Assembly (NCBI GenBank): GCA_043228905.1
Contig: JBHGNT010001329.1
Span: 1 to 9,767, forward strand
DNA: 9,767 nt
From: Azolla caroliniana
Taxonomy: Eukaryota > Plantae > Polypodiophyta
Direction: 5' to 3'
Positions 6,410 through 9,767 of this stretch are shown here, one piece after another. The notes below the pieces were generated by a model. That model searched no databases and was not told the DNA's origin. It worked only from the letters and a program-made list of their open reading frames with translations. Each line of letters begins with the position of its first letter. Within the stretch, counting starts at the first letter, position 1. Both the position numbers and the translations under genes were made by a program.

Positions 6410-8608
6410 ATGGCGTCCTCAAGCAACCAAGCGGGAGAGCTCGAAAGGATGATGCTAATCGTCGAGCAAATGATGAGATCTCGGGACAACGACGCGAGCG
6501 TGGAGAAGGCTGTCGATCGTGTCGTAGAGCTCGAGGGCCAATTCGATGGAAGGAACGTTACGAAGTTCCTTGATGCATATAAGAGGGAGATGAATCAAAG
6601 GGACGTGTCCGAGGCACGTCAAATCGCAAGCTTCAAGAGAGTTGTCGCCAACAACATCCAAAGACGCGTCATCGAGCTTCAAGAAGGAAAGACAACATGG
6701 TCCGAGTTCGAGAAAACGATACTAGCGGAGTTTGTGACTGAAGACTCAACGAGGATGACTCGACATGCCCTGATGAAGTGGATAGAGAAGAAGAATAAGA
6801 AGATGAGCGTCTCGAGGGTGTACGACGAATTCGACCAGATGTTTAGTCGTCTCCCCAATACGGACCAAGTATTGCTTGAAGAGGACAAGACTTTGTACTT
6901 CTTGAAGGCCGTGGACATAAAGGATAGACGGGAGTTGGGGACTCTTCTCGAAGATGATACCCAAGCAAATGGGCTCGTAGTGGACTGGATCGCGGTGAAG
7001 CAGGCATGCAATAGGCTCGACAAGCGTCGCCAATGGGTTGATGACACTGACTTAACGGGACCGACTACCACGGAGAAAGCAAGACCACCGAAAGTAGCTG
7101 AGCCGCCAAGACAAAGTAACGTGGAAGAAAAGAAGATTGATGACGACAGCATTGAAGAGCTAGCGAAGAAGTTCGAGAAGGTCACTCTAGCCAACATGAA
7201 TCGTCGGGGCCCTAAAGGAAAAGAACCCTTTAGATGCGTGTGGTGCGATAGCATGGACCACATGAGAAGGGATTGTGCGAGCCTTCGAGAGGCGATTCGA
7301 CAAAATATCGTATACATAGAGGACAACATGATTTGCTCAAGCGAGACTAGAAGACCCCTACGGGTGAATTTCGGAAGAGGAGGAATGAAGAGATCTATGG
7401 AGGATGCCGATGCGACTCATGTGGATGCGATGCACTATGCTGCGTCGGCCGGAATAAGAGTCGGGAAAGACAAGACTGAAGTTGCTAGAGCGGGAGCAAA
7501 GTTTTGGACTTCCGTTCTCGAATATGAGAAGAAAGGAAAAATCACATCGAACGAGGTAGAGCTTGCGGACCGAAGCGTGCAAAGCATAACCGGGTGGTCG
7601 GATCCGGTGGACGACAACACCATACTTGCAGAGGTGATGTGCGACAACCACGAGGTGTTCGTCGAAGAAAAGAGAAAGAGAATAGAAGAGCAAGGGCCAT
7701 CAAAAAGACATGAAACAAGGAACGCGAAAAAGAAGGACGATGCGGAGACGAGTCGACCTTTACAAACGGAGGAACGAGAATCAAGCCGAAAAGGAGAGCC
7801 AAGCATACGAGTTGAAGAAACGGTTCGGCCCGTGAAGGTTGGTGTCGAAGACCCCGCTCGGAGGACAAGGACCATACCTACCTATAAGCTAAGGTCGGAC
7901 ATAGAGCAGATGACGGACCTAAAGAAGATTCTCGAAGAACGAGTTCTTGATAGCCATGTAACTTTGTCCTTGAGGGAATTGCTTGGCATTACGAAGAAGG
8001 AGTTCCATGACACGATCGTGGACCTTGTAAAGAGAAAGAGACAACAATCGGACGAGGAAGAAGAGAAGCCGCAGAAAGCAAAAACGAATGCCATAACGAT
8101 GGCAAGAGACGAAATCGATGAAGATATGGTGGACAGCCACTACACTCGACCTCATTGGGCACGAGCGACAACGGAGACGCCGGTGAAGATCGGGGAGAAG
8201 AAAGAGACCGTCGTAGCCTTGATCGACCACGGCTCGGAGATCAACCTCATGTCAACCGACTTCTACAAAAAGGGAAGATGGCCAATTAATACAAACCACG
8301 GATGGAAGATTTGCGCGGCAACAAAGTCTACGGAGGACTTGTACGGAGCTTGTCCCAATGTCAAAGTCACGATCGGGGATGTGGAGATGGATCAACACTT
8401 CTTCGTACAAGAATCGGCATCGCATCCTGTCATCCTAGGGCAACCTTATATCACATCATCTCGGATGGAGACCAAAGTGTTCGATAATGGAGCAGCCTTC
8501 GCACGAATAAAGAGTCTTGACAACCAAAGATCAGTCCAATTCCTAACGGTGCGAGCCAATCATGAAAGGAATCGAGATAGTCTCGGAGGCGAATCCTCGG
8601 ATTTTTAG
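6410..8608 (+). CDS. gag: Gag-protease polyprotein (732 aa)
   Basis: ATG at 6410 (GAGATGG; the ORF track started at TTG 6404). FDGRNVTKFL capsid-like start; CVWCDSMDHMRRDC knuckle (7235-7276); YKLRSDIE...VTLSLRELL (DUF4100-like); retropepsin ALIDHGSEINLM (8225) and VILGQP. Confidence 0.92.
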   Translation: MASSSNQAGELERMMLIVEQMMRSRDNDASVEKAVDRVVELEGQFDGRNVTKFLDAYKREMNQRDVSEARQIASFKRVVANNIQRRVIELQEGKTTWSEFEKTILAEFVTEDSTRMTRHALMKWIEKKNKKMSVSRVYDEFDQMFSRLPNTDQVLLEEDKTLYFLKAVDIKDRRELGTLLEDDTQANGLVVDWIAVKQACNRLDKRRQWVDDTDLTGPTTTEKARPPKVAEPPRQSNVEEKKIDDDSIEELAKKFEKVTLANMNRRGPKGKEPFRCVWCDSMDHMRRDCASLREAIRQNIVYIEDNMICSSETRRPLRVNFGRGGMKRSMEDADATHVDAMHYAASAGIRVGKDKTEVARAGAKFWTSVLEYEKKGKITSNEVELADRSVQSITGWSDPVDDNTILAEVMCDNHEVFVEEKRKRIEEQGPSKRHETRNAKKKDDAETSRPLQTEERESSRKGEPSIRVEETVRPVKVGVEDPARRTRTIPTYKLRSDIEQMTDLKKILEERVLDSHVTLSLRELLGITKKEFHDTIVDLVKRKRQQSDEEEEKPQKAKTNAITMARDEIDEDMVDSHYTRPHWARATTETPVKIGEKKETVVALIDHGSEINLMSTDFYKKGRWPINTNHGWKICAATKSTEDLYGACPNVKVTIGDVEMDQHFFVQESASHPVILGQPYITSSRMETKVFDNGAAFARIKSLDNQRSVQFLTVRANHERNRDSLGGESSDF

Positions 8609-8661
8609 AGCGAACTATTGAAGCATGGGGCACAAATAGTCCGAGTAATCACAAGACCCCA
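8599..8661 (+). promoter_or_regulatory. Predicted -1 programmed ribosomal frameshift signal
   Basis: G_GAT_TTT directly before the gag TAG. Pol is open in the -1 frame, and a stem-loop or pseudoknot can begin 5 nt downstream. Confidence 0.75.
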
Positions 8662-9767
8662 CAAGAAAGAAGAGTGCGTGGATTGCGAGGAGAAGCAACA
8701 TGTGTCACACCTAGTGGCGCATGTAAACTAGTACTACCCGACAAGAAGCACAAGCACCGGATACAAGAATTCGAGAAGATGCTGAAAGAAGAGAACATAA
8801 TAGAAGAAGGGGAGTTCGTGACTCATATTATGGAAGAAGCCTCATTTAACGACACCATTGGCGATATCGAGGACGTCGTGGACTTGAGCTATCTTCACAA
8901 CCAATGCGTGATTTCGGTTAACTCCGTCAACATGTACGCTATCATCGATGAATACCGTCGTGGCATCTCGATGAAGGAAGTTGACATCAACACGAAATAT
9001 AAAACGGTGGATAAGAAGATCAAGCCAGTTGCGGTTCCGCTACCGGAAGATAGCTGGCAAAAGATGAAGGAAGTCGCTAACGATCCAAGCTTAAGAGATC
9101 CGAAGAAGATAGGTCATGACTTCACCAAAGAGACGAAGGGGAAGCTACGAGTTGGAAAGGAGGATTTCCTTCTCCCTGAAGAGGAGCGAATGTTTCGCGA
9201 TATGCTTGAGAGACATGGGAAGGCTTTCACATTCTTCCCACGAGAAATCGGATGTGCCGACCCAAAGATTATAGAGCCAATGGTGATCTTCACGGTGCCT
9301 CATGTGCCTTGGAATTTGAAACCAATACCGGTTCCGAGAGCACACCTTCCGAAGCTGATCGAGCTCTTAAAGGAGAAGGTGAGTATGGGAATTCTAGAAC
9401 CGTCGAATGCTCCTTATTCCAATAGGTGGTTCACGGTGCCGAAGAAGAATGGATCATTGCGATTCATCCAAGATCTTCAACCCGTCAACAAGGTGACAAT
9501 TCGAAATGCCGGAATCGGTCCGAGCGTGGATGAATTTGTCGAAGCGTTTGCGGGCCGGTCCATCTACTCCATTGGCGATCTCTACTCCGGATATGACCAA
9601 TTCCAATTGGCGATCGACAGTCGGGACATTACAACCATGAGGACTCCGATCGGGCTTGTGCGGATGTGTACCTTACCCCAAGGCGCAACGAACTCGGTGG
9701 CTCATATGGTGAATGCCATGAATAAAGTCTTGAAGGATTGTATTCCGGACATCACGATGCCATTCTT
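8599..9767 (+). CDS. pol: Pol (reverse transcriptase N-terminal part), 3'-partial; absent from the ORF track because it runs off the window
   Basis: Frame +1 has no stop from 8599 to the window end: ...GILEPSNAPYSNRWFTVPKKNGSLRFIQDLQPVNK...GDLYSGYDQ...TPIGLVRMCTLPQGATNSVAH...ITMPF, ending just before the expected xDD motif. Confidence 0.93.

Larger units (their letters stand above)
5384..9767 (+). mobile_element. Element E: Ty3/gypsy LTR retrotransposon, 5' part, ORFs intact; resembles the non-chromoviral Ylt1/Phygy-type group
   Basis: LTR, PBS, gag-PR ORF, then -1 frame RT. Motifs YKTVDKKIKPV, PHVPW, YSNRWFTVPKK and LPQGATNS. The lineage call is from motif recognition only. Confidence 0.92.

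Noticed and set aside
5729-6422. Minus-strand ORFs 5729-5935 and 5970-6422
   Set aside because: They lie within the LTR/PBS, reflect low-complexity CATG/CCGG sequence, and show no homology cues.
6455-9345. Antisense and alternate-frame ORFs over gag and pol
   Set aside because: They are shadows of the purine-rich coding strand, with no recognisable motifs.

Overview
Eukaryotic DNA, probably from a non-seed land plant (inferred from a plant-type tRNA-Trp PBS and the retroelement lineages). It is made almost entirely of nested LTR retrotransposons, with no host gene. (A) A decayed Ty1/copia gag-PR-preintegrase region on + (1-877 and 2696-3157). (B) A complete 1.8-kb non-autonomous LTR element inserted in A (878-2690, GATTC TSD). 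It has a Tf1-style 11-nt self-priming site instead of a tRNA PBS, a 12-unit array of bulged hairpins, a chromodomain remnant, and LTRs near-identical in U3 but ~15% different in U5. (C) The 3' LTR, PPT and decayed RT-RNase H of a second copia on - (3158-~4586), also interrupting A. (D) About 800 bp of unassigned DNA with a possible Helitron end. (E) The 5' part of a young-looking Ty3/gypsy element (5384 to beyond 9767): a 959-bp LTR containing an antisense tRNA-like Pol III cassette, a tRNA-Trp PBS, a gag-protease ORF, a GGATTTTTAG -1 frameshift site and an open pol frame. All alignments, translations and folds were done by eye.
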